Shown piece after piece: positions 17,513-26,966 of a stretch of DNA of 64,000 nt. The notes under the pieces are model-generated. The model worked only from the letters and a program-made list of their open reading frames with translations, was not told the origin of the DNA and searched no databases. How positions within the stretch are numbered: position 1 is the first letter of the stretch; each line of letters opens with the position of its first letter. The translations under genes were made by a program, and so were the position numbers. Source of the stretch: a virus (taxonomy: Duplodnaviria; Caudoviricetes); the IMG/VR virus record IMGVR_UViG_3300037424_000723, positions 1 to 64,000 of that record. One strand, written 5' to 3'.

Positions 17513-18354
17513 TCAAACTCCCTCAACACATTCAAGTATAGCCAATCCTCAGTAATGGCATAATCCTTTACGGTTAGTAGGTTCATGTAAATAGCCGGTA
17601 ATTGTTTAACCCATTGTCCCGCCGATAACCCACCGAGTATCTTTTGTAACCTATCTACCGTATCAAATTGCAAGATACCTGCTGGCTCAAAGAACCTATG
17701 GATATTAGGCGCTCCCCAGAATATGGGTATTGTGCCAAGCGCAAAGCAGTCGAGTAACCATTCGGTAAACAGGTTATCTTCTCTACACGTTTCAATTGCT
17801 AGGCTAAAGCAGTAATCGCCCAGGAGTAGCTTTTTAACGTCCTGCCCATAACCTACCTTTTGCCCGCCTATACCATAAATATCAACATTGTAACCCTGTT
17901 CTTTAATCATCTCGGCTATTTCGTGGCGTATCCTGTGGCCTTCGGTAGTCATCTTGTTACCGATGAGCATAGAGCAGAGTTTGGTTTTGGGTTTGATACC
18001 CCAGTCGGATTTATCAATCCAAGTACCACCGTAGGGGCAAAACTTAAACTTACTATCAAATTCCCACAAATCAGTAATAGTCTTATAAGTTAAAATCAAA
18101 TCAAATTTATCTCTATTGAATAACACATTGTGATATGTCTCAGGGTGCAAACAATAAGGCTCATGTAACCACCCGATTTTATACCGACTTTGCACCCTAT
18201 CCACTATAGGGTTGTTGATCCATTCATCAGTGAAGATTGTCACGCCATCAAATGCGGATAAATCTCTAACCCATTGGATATATTGCGAGGTTTGATATGC
18301 TGTTGAAAAGCTATCGTGCCGGAAATTATCGTCAAACAAGTTACACAGCATCAT
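17509..18354 (-). CDS. GT10 (fucosyltransferase)-like glycosyltransferase
   Basis: DYCFSLAIET...FTEWLLDCFALGTIPIFWGAPNI. Confidence 0.8.
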   Translation of the reverse strand: MMLCNLFDDNFRHDSFSTAYQTSQYIQWVRDLSAFDGVTIFTDEWINNPIVDRVQSRYKIGWLHEPYCLHPETYHNVLFNRDKFDLILTYKTITDLWEFDSKFKFCPYGGTWIDKSDWGIKPKTKLCSMLIGNKMTTEGHRIRHEIAEMIKEQGYNVDIYGIGGQKVGYGQDVKKLLLGDYCFSLAIETCREDNLFTEWLLDCFALGTIPIFWGAPNIHRFFEPAGILQFDTVDRLQKILGGLSAGQWVKQLPAIYMNLLTVKDYAITEDWLYLNVLREFE

Positions 18355-18637
18355 TAACCCTATTCAAGGTCAATCCATTAAATGTTAAGCTATCCATGCC
18401 GTTTGGATCATCCAAAACCACAAACGATGCCCCATTACGATAAGTATTATTGGCTGGTAGTCTTAAAATCAATCCAATCCTACCGCTAGGGAGAAATATT
18501 GTACCAATACTAAGCTCAATAAAATTATTTGAATTGACAATAGCATTAAATCCATCTGGATTAAACTTTATAATTAAAGTTTCTTCGGGCTGTACCTCTA
18601 TGGATACAATTTTGTTATCTGTTATAATTTTAGACAT
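18341..18637 (-). CDS. Hypothetical protein
   Basis: Coupled AT-rich ORF. Confidence 0.55.
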   Translation of the reverse strand: MSKIITDNKIVSIEVQPEETLIIKFNPDGFNAIVNSNNFIELSIGTIFLPSGRIGLILRLPANNTYRNGASFVVLDDPNGMDSLTFNGLTLNRVNDAV

Positions 18638-18884
18638 TATGCCTCAACCTCTTTTTACTCCGCTTACCCTTTTCAATTTGCCTGTCCAATGAGTGATACA
18701 TAGCCACCAAAAGCCCTAGCATCATTGTTTTAGTGGTACTCTCCTGCTGGTGCATTTCGTAGACAAAGCGGTATAGCTCTGGGTTAGCTGCTGCCATTTG
18801 CATGAACAGTTTGTCACTACCCTGCATGGCATCTTCACCTACCTCGCGGATTGTTTCAATCGTTACAACGGGCAAGTTAGTCAT
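18630..18884 (-). CDS. Hypothetical protein
   Basis: RBS GGAG before ATG 18884. Confidence 0.55.
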   Translation of the reverse strand: MTNLPVVTIETIREVGEDAMQGSDKLFMQMAAANPELYRFVYEMHQQESTTKTMMLGLLVAMYHSLDRQIEKGKRSKKRLRHNV

Positions 18885-19752
18885 TCCGCGTCTCCTGTAT
18901 TTTTCTAAAACTAGCACGGCTGTACAAAATAACCGGGTCAGTCCACAAATTGCTAATCCCCGGGAACCCCAATAATTGACGCTGGCTGAACCAAAGCTCT
19001 ACCGTGATTGTGTTATTTGGCCGGGGTACATTCCCCGCCGCTATCACATCACAACTATGCTTTTGTTGCAGCCGGCCCAGTTCGGCACCCATCAGTGCAT
19101 AATTCAACTGGGTTTGGACCGCTGCCGTGGCCGGGAAAGTCCATGTAAAAGTGGGTACTTCCAGGGGAGTCGTGATCGTAAAGGGCAAAGTGCAGGCCGA
19201 TTCAGCTTCGATATAGCTGATTATCATGGCCCCGGTTGCCTCGTTGTAATCTATCTGACTTGATATGCTTTCAAGGGTATGCGTCCAGACGCTTTGATAA
19301 TTGGGGTTAGATGAGCGAAAGTCCAAGTAATTCTGCCTAACTGCAAAACGAGCCGCTTCTCTACTGGCATTGGTGAGGATTAGGTAAGCGCGTAAAACCC
19401 AACCTAGCTCTAAAACCCCAATAAGCAGGAATACGATAATTGAGAATATTAGAGCGCTTTCGACAAGTGCTTGGCCACTCGGTTGAAATGGGGGAGGCTT
19501 GGGACGTGGGTTTTTTGCCTCATATTGCGTATCGTATTCAGCTTCAAACTTTTCAAGCGCAATGGCATAATCATCACTTGACTTTTGTTCCCATTTCCTA
19601 TTGGCCTTATCAAATGCCGCCCATTCTTCCATGTGTACCGGACAAGCCCAAAGCATAAAGCCAAATCCTACCCGATAACCTTCATTAGCAATTCTTATAT
19701 TGTTACATCCTAAAGTACAGCAGCGTCGTTTCACAACTTTATCCTGTCGCAC
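18877..19752 (-). CDS. TadE-like pseudopilin with ~90 aa N-terminal extension
   Basis: SGQALVESALIFSIIVFLLIGVLELG...LTNASREAARFA. Confidence 0.8.
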   Translation of the reverse strand: MRQDKVVKRRCCTLGCNNIRIANEGYRVGFGFMLWACPVHMEEWAAFDKANRKWEQKSSDDYAIALEKFEAEYDTQYEAKNPRPKPPPFQPSGQALVESALIFSIIVFLLIGVLELGWVLRAYLILTNASREAARFAVRQNYLDFRSSNPNYQSVWTHTLESISSQIDYNEATGAMIISYIEAESACTLPFTITTPLEVPTFTWTFPATAAVQTQLNYALMGAELGRLQQKHSCDVIAAGNVPRPNNTITVELWFSQRQLLGFPGISNLWTDPVILYSRASFRKIQETRND

Positions 19753-20081
19753 AAATCCAGCCTTAGTATGATTAGTTTGGGCTTAGGCGTACTGGCAGTA
19801 AATTCTACTGCCTCCTTTACTTTTCTTGTTTCTATAGAGTATTCACCAATAATTACAGTGATATTATAAATTGGCTTGTTTTCATCTGGATTACCATTTT
19901 CATCTAATTCGTATCTCAAAACAGGGTTAGCCAAGATATATGCTGTACCTTCATATTCAAATACTTTTATATCTTGTTCAGTAAAGGTAACAAGGGTCTT
20001 ACACATCCGATTTTTAATTCGTTCGATAGAAGTTCGTATCTCGGAGGTATAATTCTCAGGCTCAATCAATCGCTCTGTCAC
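19731..20081 (-). CDS. Hypothetical protein
   Basis: Likely GTG start at 20081. Confidence 0.55.
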   Translation of the reverse strand: MTERLIEPENYTSEIRTSIERIKNRMCKTLVTFTEQDIKVFEYEGTAYILANPVLRYELDENGNPDENKPIYNITVIIGEYSIETRKVKEAVEFTASTPKPKLIILRLDLCDRIKL

Positions 20082-20314
20082 AATAACCCCACCAAATGAA
20101 GATGCCAGAATAGCCACCAAATAACCGGAGTACCCAAAAGCGCAATGACAACACCATACCAGCCGCGCCGGTCAGCCTCGTTTAATTCAGCTTCTTTATA
20201 TTTGTAATGGTCTGCAACGGATTCAGTTATGATGTGCTGTGGCATTTTGCTTAGCCTTCATTTTACCCTTACGCCATCCCATATAAAACGCATCGAGAAT
20301 TAGTCTGAGTAGTT

Positions 20315-21109
20315 TTACCATCCGATTGAGTACCAATTCTGCAAATCGGGAAGATGGCCTAACTCGATATGTTGCCAATTAAAGTCTTTTGCCATAGATG
20401 TTGCCATAGCAAACTGCTTAAACCATTCGACATTATTCCACTGTTCCCATTGCCCACTATAAAGAAAAAGATAGCTATTAGCCCGTACTATCAAAGCATC
20501 TCGCTTACTTGGCTCAACTTCACTCAAGCTATACAGCGCCATGAGCAAGTCAACGTCTTTCGGCTTGCGCTTGGGATTCCAACTCACCTTATCAAGCAAT
20601 CCAAACTGTGATAAGTAATACTCTTGCAACAGGCTAAATTCCGGCAAGTCGTAAATGATATACTTGCCACCAAAACCTAGCCGGTGACACAACAAGGCCA
20701 TTGCCCCGTAGCCACCGCCAAACTCAACAATGGTATCAAGTTGGTTAATGCGCTTGCCGCTTGCCTGTTCCCATTGTTGAATGTGATAAGCCTGGTGGAT
20801 AAGGTTCATTGAAAACTGAGTGCTAAAATTAGACGTTGAGAAATAATCATCTGGGCCAAAATGTGGCACCAAAACAGGGTTGTGATACCCCTCGGTTAGT
20901 TGGCTAAATTCGTATTGTATCGCTTGTGTCCAGTGATTAACTAGCATCGTATGGTACACGCAGGACCATTCCCAAAACCGCTTAGGGTTATCGCCGTTTG
21001 TAACATGCTGCCATAGGTTAAGTCGCCAGGCGTCCCAAAACGGGGGCTTAAGTGTTGTCTCTGGTTTAGGCAGTTGCGACATACGATAGGCGAATTGGTT
21101 AGCGTCCAT
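20315..21109 (-). CDS. Putative sugar O-methyltransferase, paralog of 12914-13654
   Basis: MNLIHQAYHI...IVEFGGGYGAMA...YDLPE...ALYSLSEV. Confidence 0.75.
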   Translation of the reverse strand: MDANQFAYRMSQLPKPETTLKPPFWDAWRLNLWQHVTNGDNPKRFWEWSCVYHTMLVNHWTQAIQYEFSQLTEGYHNPVLVPHFGPDDYFSTSNFSTQFSMNLIHQAYHIQQWEQASGKRINQLDTIVEFGGGYGAMALLCHRLGFGGKYIIYDLPEFSLLQEYYLSQFGLLDKVSWNPKRKPKDVDLLMALYSLSEVEPSKRDALIVRANSYLFLYSGQWEQWNNVEWFKQFAMATSMAKDFNWQHIELGHLPDLQNWYSIGW

Positions 21110-22247
21110 TATAATACTCTCTAACCGACTGAATAACATAATCTAAATCATCTTGGGTTAAGTCCTGATGCAAGCCCCAATATACCCCGTGATTATTCAT
21201 AGACTTAGCTCTGGGATAATCAGCCTCGTTAAATAATCCTTTATAAACCGGCTGATTAGTTAATGGTACTGTGTCTCTAACCCCTATGCCTTTTTGGGTT
21301 AGATAGTCCATTAACCCTTGCTTAGGTTCTGTCATGGTGGCAATGGGAAACATCATGGGCGTAAATGATACATTAGGCCGAACTTGAGGCAATCTAATTT
21401 TATCTAGTCCTGATAGCTTATCTATAAAATATTGATGATTAAATTGGCGCTTGGTTTTAATGTCTTGCCAGTTATCTAATTGAGCCAACCCCAAAGCGGA
21501 TTCAAGTTCTGTTATTCTCAGGCTATGGCCGATTGAATCAAAGACAAAATACCTCGATAGCATCATTGGGTCAAACTCATCGCTTGCAGACAAGTGCTTA
21601 TAGGACAGGCCGTGATTTGAGAGACTTCTAAGCATAATGGCATAATCACGGTTGTTAGTAAGCGATATACCTCCCACGCCAGTTGTGATGATATGGGCCA
21701 TATAAAACGAATGACAACCTATGCCATCCCAAGAGCTAATAGACTTGTTCTCCTGAGTAGCAAAAGCCGCTTCGCAACTATCCTCTATGATTTTTAGATT
21801 GTACTTGTCTGCTATCGCCTTAATAGTTGTCATATCGCACGGTTGCCCGAATAAATGAACCGGCATAATAGCTCTGGTTTTAGGGGTTATGGCCCGTTCT
21901 ATTAAATCGGGGTCAATACAATAGGTACCATCTATATCCACCAAAACAGGTTTAAGGCGATTTTGAATAATGGTATTTACGCTGGCTACAAAGGTTAAAG
22001 CAGGACACAATACCTCATCTCCCTTTTGCCAGCCGTGTACCTTTTTAAGCGTTTGCAGGGCAACGAGTAATGAGCTAGTGCCACTGTTTGACAGCACTCC
22101 ATACTCACAGCCATGCATGGCGGCAAAGCGCTTCTCAAACTCCTGAGAAAGAGGCCCATAAGAAATTCTGCCTGAGCGTAGCACCTGATTTACCAGGTTA
22201 AACATTTCGGGGGTTGCGTTGAATGTGCCAAGCGTGACTTGTCTCAT
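21099..22247 (-). CDS. Second DegT/DnrJ/EryC1/StrS aminotransferase
   Basis: NSGTSSL...GDEVLCP...IIEDSCEA...SFYMAHIITTGVGG; the usual PLP-binding Lys position reads AHI. Confidence 0.92.
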   Translation of the reverse strand: MRQVTLGTFNATPEMFNLVNQVLRSGRISYGPLSQEFEKRFAAMHGCEYGVLSNSGTSSLLVALQTLKKVHGWQKGDEVLCPALTFVASVNTIIQNRLKPVLVDIDGTYCIDPDLIERAITPKTRAIMPVHLFGQPCDMTTIKAIADKYNLKIIEDSCEAAFATQENKSISSWDGIGCHSFYMAHIITTGVGGISLTNNRDYAIMLRSLSNHGLSYKHLSASDEFDPMMLSRYFVFDSIGHSLRITELESALGLAQLDNWQDIKTKRQFNHQYFIDKLSGLDKIRLPQVRPNVSFTPMMFPIATMTEPKQGLMDYLTQKGIGVRDTVPLTNQPVYKGLFNEADYPRAKSMNNHGVYWGLHQDLTQDDLDYVIQSVREYYNGR

Positions 22248-22969
22248 CGTAGATACCCCAACTCTTTCAACTCCGCTAAATCACCAGGGGCAAGCGATGG
22301 CAGGCCGGTCATCACATCCTGATTCCAATCACCCCTTTGAATGACGTTTGCGTGTTTAAGTGGCGCTTGACGTGTGCCCAGCACAAGCAATTCATCACCA
22401 TACTGACTTAACCGGCTTGTACCATTTAGCTCTATTTGCTGTGCTGTCTCTCCGAATACCAATACCTTTTTGAGTAAATCACGCCGCCACAATCCACTCC
22501 ATAAGCTCATATGATAAGGTGAGCCGTGATCGGATTTAATCAAATCAAGATAGCCCAGTGTATCATAGGTGTGATAGCCGAATAAATACTTGCCCCCGCC
22601 ATCGGCAAAGAGACGGTCAGTTGTTACGTCAAACTTAACCACGTAACGGAATTGGCCCATATAATCATAACACATCTTGATAGCATTGGTATCAACTTGC
22701 CGGGTAAGCAGGTAGTCATCTAACAGCAGTAAGAATACCTCATCGGCTACATTGTTGAGTACCTTGATGAGCGCATCACTCCAGCGTTGGGCCGGGTAAT
22801 CATCCTGATTGCCAATGGAGTAAAAGTTGAAATAGGGGAGTTTAGGGTCAGTATAGCCGCAGACTAAAACAGGAGCATCATAAGCCGGTTGAAAATACTT
22901 GTGCCATTGGTGAGCAAAGGCCGGCAAGCAATGACTGCCCTTATCGGAGGTTATGACTATGGTTTGCAT
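22244..22969 (-). CDS. Putative GT-A fold glycosyltransferase
   Basis: DEVFLLLLDDYLL DxD-like motif...SLWSGLWRRDLL. Confidence 0.6.
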   Translation of the reverse strand: MQTIVITSDKGSHCLPAFAHQWHKYFQPAYDAPVLVCGYTDPKLPYFNFYSIGNQDDYPAQRWSDALIKVLNNVADEVFLLLLDDYLLTRQVDTNAIKMCYDYMGQFRYVVKFDVTTDRLFADGGGKYLFGYHTYDTLGYLDLIKSDHGSPYHMSLWSGLWRRDLLKKVLVFGETAQQIELNGTSRLSQYGDELLVLGTRQAPLKHANVIQRGDWNQDVMTGLPSLAPGDLAELKELGYLR

Positions 22970-23544
22970 ACCACCTCGCCAAAAACAAAAGCCCCGCAGT
23001 TACAAGGTTCACTCGTTGCGGGGTTAGGGTTATTCCAATGATGTCGGTTATTACAAAGTTGAGTTGAATCAGTTCTGTAAAAGAGTTGATGTGTAGTACG
23101 GATTTGATCTAGTATTTTAATGATATAACTATTCGTAGAGATATTGTTGCCTTTTGCTTCTCTCTCAAGCCAAAACATTAAATTATCTGGAAGACGTATT
23201 GACATAGCCCTATAGGTTACAGCTCTTTTACGTTGCCCAGTATTTCCACCCTGGCCGCCATCAGTAAAGTTAGTTAAATTGTGGCTATTCTCTCTGTAAA
23301 AAGCAATCCATTTCTTTTCGGCTTCTACCCAATTATCAGAATTAACTTCTTCTAAGATTTCTAATCTTGGACATTTCCCTTGTCTGATTAATGATTGCAC
23401 CCATCGGCTTTTGTGGCTTTGTTTATTATGATACCCGCAAATATGGCTCTTGTATCGCATGTGGGGATTGTCGGATTTACCAACGTATCTAACTTCGTTG
23501 GTATCTGGACATATTAAAGCATAGATAAATGTTCTTTCACTCAA
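22957..23544 (-). CDS. GIY-YIG endonuclease with C-terminal Arc/RHH-like domain
   Basis: FIYALICPDTNEVRYVGKS...R...H; AEKKWIAFY; NLTNFTDGG; MSIRLPDNL. Confidence 0.9.
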   Translation of the reverse strand: MSERTFIYALICPDTNEVRYVGKSDNPHMRYKSHICGYHNKQSHKSRWVQSLIRQGKCPRLEILEEVNSDNWVEAEKKWIAFYRENSHNLTNFTDGGQGGNTGQRKRAVTYRAMSIRLPDNLMFWLEREAKGNNISTNSYIIKILDQIRTTHQLFYRTDSTQLCNNRHHWNNPNPATSEPCNCGAFVFGEVVCKP

Positions 23545-23689
23545 TGGTTATTCCCTGCTTTTCTATTTCTTGCAAAACGAGGCGATGTAACAAGTCTACT
23601 AAGGGCATATCACAGTGAGCCGCAAGTATCTTCGCTAATCGCCTCGTTACCTTCCATATTTTTATAGTAGTGAGTGAACCTTTATCCAT
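23537..23689 (-). CDS. Small ribbon-helix-helix-like protein (50 aa, below the track cutoff)
   Basis: MDKGSLTTIKIWKVTRRLAKILAAHCDMPLVDLLHRLVLQEIEKQG; leaderless start. Confidence 0.7.
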   Translation of the reverse strand: MDKGSLTTIKIWKVTRRLAKILAAHCDMPLVDLLHRLVLQEIEKQGITIE

Positions 23690-23696
23690 TGTTGTA

Positions 23697-23725
23697 ATTA
23701 TACATCTTTTTACTTTTCACGTCAA
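23697..23725 (-). promoter_or_regulatory. Promoter downstream of the capsid terminator
   Basis: TTGACG-17-TATAAT, 7 nt before the ATG. Confidence 0.85.
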
Positions 23726-23731
23726 CCCAAC

Positions 23732-23762
23732 AAAAAAGAGGCTGATAATCTCAGCCTCTTTT
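23732..23762. terminator. Bidirectional terminator after the capsid gene
   Basis: GAGGCTGA/TCAGCCTC stem with A- and T-runs. Confidence 0.85.
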
Positions 23763-23780
23763 GAGCTAAATTGATAAAGG

Positions 23781-25268
23781 TTACGATTCCCAAACCGCCT
23801 GTAAGTTCTGAGCGGGCCGGGTTGAAACCCCTCCATTTACGAGGTACGGAGACGATGCCGTTGACCCTCGCAGGTGTTGCAGCGGGCTGTACAGAATGTT
23901 GTCAATTCGTCCTGCTAATGCCGGAGTACGCAGTACAATGCGCCGCTCTGTTTTAGCACTCAACTTGGTACACCATTTGATAATCGGGTCAAGCGCCCAG
24001 CTAAATGAGCCGCCGTCAGTCCACCACGTTTGATGGCCCATTAGCGCCTGAATCTGTTGCATCCCGATGCGATAATCCTTGTACTCAAGATAAGTGACCG
24101 GGAAACCGCCGTTGATTGTCAGCGGAACCATATAGATACTACCCGCATAACTGCCTGCCGGGATGTTAGCATTATCACCGTTGACTTGCTCGTTGACGCC
24201 ATCGTCAACGATAACCGGGTAAATGCGTCCATTGATGGCAACCGTCATTTGCTGGCGCATCGCATCCATATCCTCGCGCATGGAGCGCCCGTCAAGATTG
24301 AGCCGGGTATTACCAACGGTCAGCAGTTCAGCGCCTCTATTGGTATTGTAGGCAATGGGCCAGGCCGCCGTAAATTCTGCCCACAAGTTGGGATTCATTA
24401 CCACTACCCATTCAACCGGGTCAAGGCCCATTCGAGTAGCATTAAAACGCAGGTAGTATTCCAACATTGACAGATACCAGACGATATTGGGGGTATTGTT
24501 GGCATTATTGCTAAACAGCGATTGGTAGTTATAGTTTTTTACATCACTATCAGCTGCTGGGCAGGCTGTACCTGATTGGGCGTCAATAATGCCGGTGGTG
24601 ATCTGGCTATCAAGGCCGGGGTACTCTTTGTAACCGCCGCCCGCCGTATTGTTAGCAGGGGAACCTTGCCAGTTTTGCTCAGTCAAGCCCATCTGATTAG
24701 TTGAGCCACGTGCCATTAACATACCGACTTTGACCATCTCGGAGTAGTAGACAATCCATTCCATTTGTTGCGCCGATAAGTCACGGGGGTAGTCAGCTTC
24801 ACTCAAGCCGAGTAAGCGCCCGCGCAGGCGTAGATCGGTATTGACGCCAGCGTTAAGTGTAGTAAAGATTTGGTCAAATTCAATCGTGGCTGTATCGAAC
24901 TGTAACCGGCCCAGTTGGAAGAACAGGTTACACGCCTTGAGATAGCCGGTGGGGGCATCGCTACAGGGATTAGCAACCGCCGCCGCCCCGTCATCCTGAA
25001 TACCAGTGATTAAACCGAGTACAGGCTGTTCAATGATCGTCGGGAACATATGCCCACGTCGGGCTAATTCACCTGAGATGCCATCGGGCCGGACATAGGT
25101 GCTGATGATATTGGCATCAAGGCCGAATACGGCGAATAGGCCAGTATCACCAAACAGGAGTTGAGCCGTGTTGGTAGTGGCGGCTGTTTTTTCGTGAGTA
25201 CCTTTAACCTGAGTGAACGCCTGGTACATTGCCAGGAACTCTTGAAACTCTTTCGTATTCATGTCCAT
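23781..25268 (-). CDS. Major capsid protein
   Basis: 495 aa directly after the protease/scaffold and followed by a terminator; EFAGLD-like KEYPGLDSQI segment. Confidence 0.8.
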   Translation of the reverse strand: MDMNTKEFQEFLAMYQAFTQVKGTHEKTAATTNTAQLLFGDTGLFAVFGLDANIISTYVRPDGISGELARRGHMFPTIIEQPVLGLITGIQDDGAAAVANPCSDAPTGYLKACNLFFQLGRLQFDTATIEFDQIFTTLNAGVNTDLRLRGRLLGLSEADYPRDLSAQQMEWIVYYSEMVKVGMLMARGSTNQMGLTEQNWQGSPANNTAGGGYKEYPGLDSQITTGIIDAQSGTACPAADSDVKNYNYQSLFSNNANNTPNIVWYLSMLEYYLRFNATRMGLDPVEWVVVMNPNLWAEFTAAWPIAYNTNRGAELLTVGNTRLNLDGRSMREDMDAMRQQMTVAINGRIYPVIVDDGVNEQVNGDNANIPAGSYAGSIYMVPLTINGGFPVTYLEYKDYRIGMQQIQALMGHQTWWTDGGSFSWALDPIIKWCTKLSAKTERRIVLRTPALAGRIDNILYSPLQHLRGSTASSPYLVNGGVSTRPAQNLQAVWES

Positions 25269-26752
25269 TATCGCACCACCCCGCGCTGGTCATACCACGC
25301 TTGATTGACGTTGACAAACTGCTCAGCAAACCCAGCGCCAAGTTGAGGCTCAGGCTTAGTTTCCTTTGGCCCGTCCTTTGCCTCTGCCGTGCGCCCGTCT
25401 ACCTTTGCTTCTGGTTTGCCAACTACTGACATTGATTTGAGAAGGGCCACAAGGTCATAGCTCTCTTCTTCCTTTTCCTCGACTACCGGCTTTGTTTCCA
25501 GCGCCTTAAGGCGAGTGTCAACCGCTACAAACATTTCCTTGATGGCATCGGTGAAACTTGCCAGGTCTTTGACCGTCAACGCCTGGGTTGCTTCCTTCTT
25601 TTCAATGCCGGCTTCATCGGCCTCTTTAGCCTTATCAGCCAAAGTTGCCTCAATCTGTTGGACTTTATCCTCTCCAAATGCTTTGACAAATTCATCACGT
25701 TTGTGAGCAGGTAAGCCCTTTTCTACTTCGCTCATACTGGACTCCTTGTGAATAATGCTAAATGCTAATTTATTGGCCGCTGCCCACAAAGGCAGAAACG
25801 TTATTTCTTTGGTTCTGTGACGAATGATAATTGTCGGGTCGGCCTCATCCCGCTTAATCCATTCGTTTGGCATACCGTGCGAATTTTTATCCCACCCGGC
25901 TTTGACAATGCCCTCTGCTGCCCACTCCATACCAGGGTAGAAATGCCCAGCCGCCACAGGGAAGCCGGTGCTTTCATCAAAAGCGTGATAATCGGTAATA
26001 CCCACTGCGTAAGGCACGTGCCACAGCCACGCTTCCGGCATGTCCCACTCGCCTTTGTGCAAAGCTTCATCAAACTCTTTGTGGGATTCCGTGCTGATAA
26101 TTTCAGGGGGGTTGTCACTGTCACGCCGGTTATTGGAGTATGCCGCAAGCCATCTATAGATATCGCCCTCTTTCCAGATATACAGCGATTGCGTATCAGG
26201 TTGATTGCCACTATCCCCGCCGGGGTTGTCCTGCTGTTTAACGGGTTGATTGTCGCCTGCTATCTGTTTAATAAGCGTTGCCGCTTTATCCTCGGTCATT
26301 TCCTCTTGAATACGAGTGCCAACTAAGGCCGCGTATTCATTAGCCAGGGCCACCAAAGCGCCGGCCTTGTCATCAGTATCGCTGTTCATAATGTTGCGTG
26401 ACAAGCGCCCAAATTGATCGGTAAGCTCATACATCTCGTATTGCGCTTCGCGGGCTGCCTGTTCTGCCGCCAAGTCAGCAAAGGAGAGAGGGCCATGATC
26501 CATACCGTCAACCATTACAACGGGAACAGGATCGCCATAGTAGTCTTTGGTGGTTTCCTCCGTTACCGCCTCGTCCTCGATTAAGTCCAGTTCCTTTTTG
26601 GGCTTATTTTCATTAGCCATTAAAGCAGCAATTTGCCTTTGAGCCGCTTTATCATCAGGGTGTAATCCCAATCGCTTGCCTACTTTCTTTTTATCAGGGC
26701 CAACTTTATAGACAGCAACCTTACCATCTTCAGGGAATTTACCGTATGGCAT
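25268..26752 (-). CDS. Prohead protease/scaffold protein
   Basis: AYSNNRRD...EIIS...LWHVP...SHGMP...EITFLP core with acidic coiled-coil C-terminus. Confidence 0.7.
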   Translation of the reverse strand: MPYGKFPEDGKVAVYKVGPDKKKVGKRLGLHPDDKAAQRQIAALMANENKPKKELDLIEDEAVTEETTKDYYGDPVPVVMVDGMDHGPLSFADLAAEQAAREAQYEMYELTDQFGRLSRNIMNSDTDDKAGALVALANEYAALVGTRIQEEMTEDKAATLIKQIAGDNQPVKQQDNPGGDSGNQPDTQSLYIWKEGDIYRWLAAYSNNRRDSDNPPEIISTESHKEFDEALHKGEWDMPEAWLWHVPYAVGITDYHAFDESTGFPVAAGHFYPGMEWAAEGIVKAGWDKNSHGMPNEWIKRDEADPTIIIRHRTKEITFLPLWAAANKLAFSIIHKESSMSEVEKGLPAHKRDEFVKAFGEDKVQQIEATLADKAKEADEAGIEKKEATQALTVKDLASFTDAIKEMFVAVDTRLKALETKPVVEEKEEESYDLVALLKSMSVVGKPEAKVDGRTAEAKDGPKETKPEPQLGAGFAEQFVNVNQAWYDQRGVVR

Positions 26753-26775
26753 CGTTTTAATCCTTTGCCGGGAAA

Positions 26776-26960
26776 CAAAAAACCAATTATGAAAAACCCA
26801 TAATTGGTTTGAATAAATAAGTTATTTAATTGTGAGTGGCCTTGACCCCAACTAACCTGACCAGGGGGTGCTACGAAATGTCAGGCTTGCCCCGGCTACC
26901 ACACCACTCTTGGCCGGCCTAGAATGATTATGATAGATTTGACTCTATCGTAATCTATTG
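26776..26960 (-). ncRNA. Candidate ~185-nt structured short transcript or leader
   Basis: Bounded by a consensus promoter and a terminator; several stems (GATTAcGATAG/CTATCaTAATC, CCTGAC/GTCAGG, GAGTGG/CCACTC); no ORF. Confidence 0.6.
26777..26808 (-). terminator. Strong terminator just upstream of the protease/capsid genes
   Basis: ACCAATTATG/CATAATTGGT 10-bp stem followed by TTTTT. Confidence 0.85.
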
Positions 26961-26966
26961 CTAATG

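Noticed and set aside
26776-26960. c-di-GMP-I or other known riboswitch
   Set aside because: Only a short GGTAGCCGGGG resemblance; the GCAAA/GAAA core elements are absent
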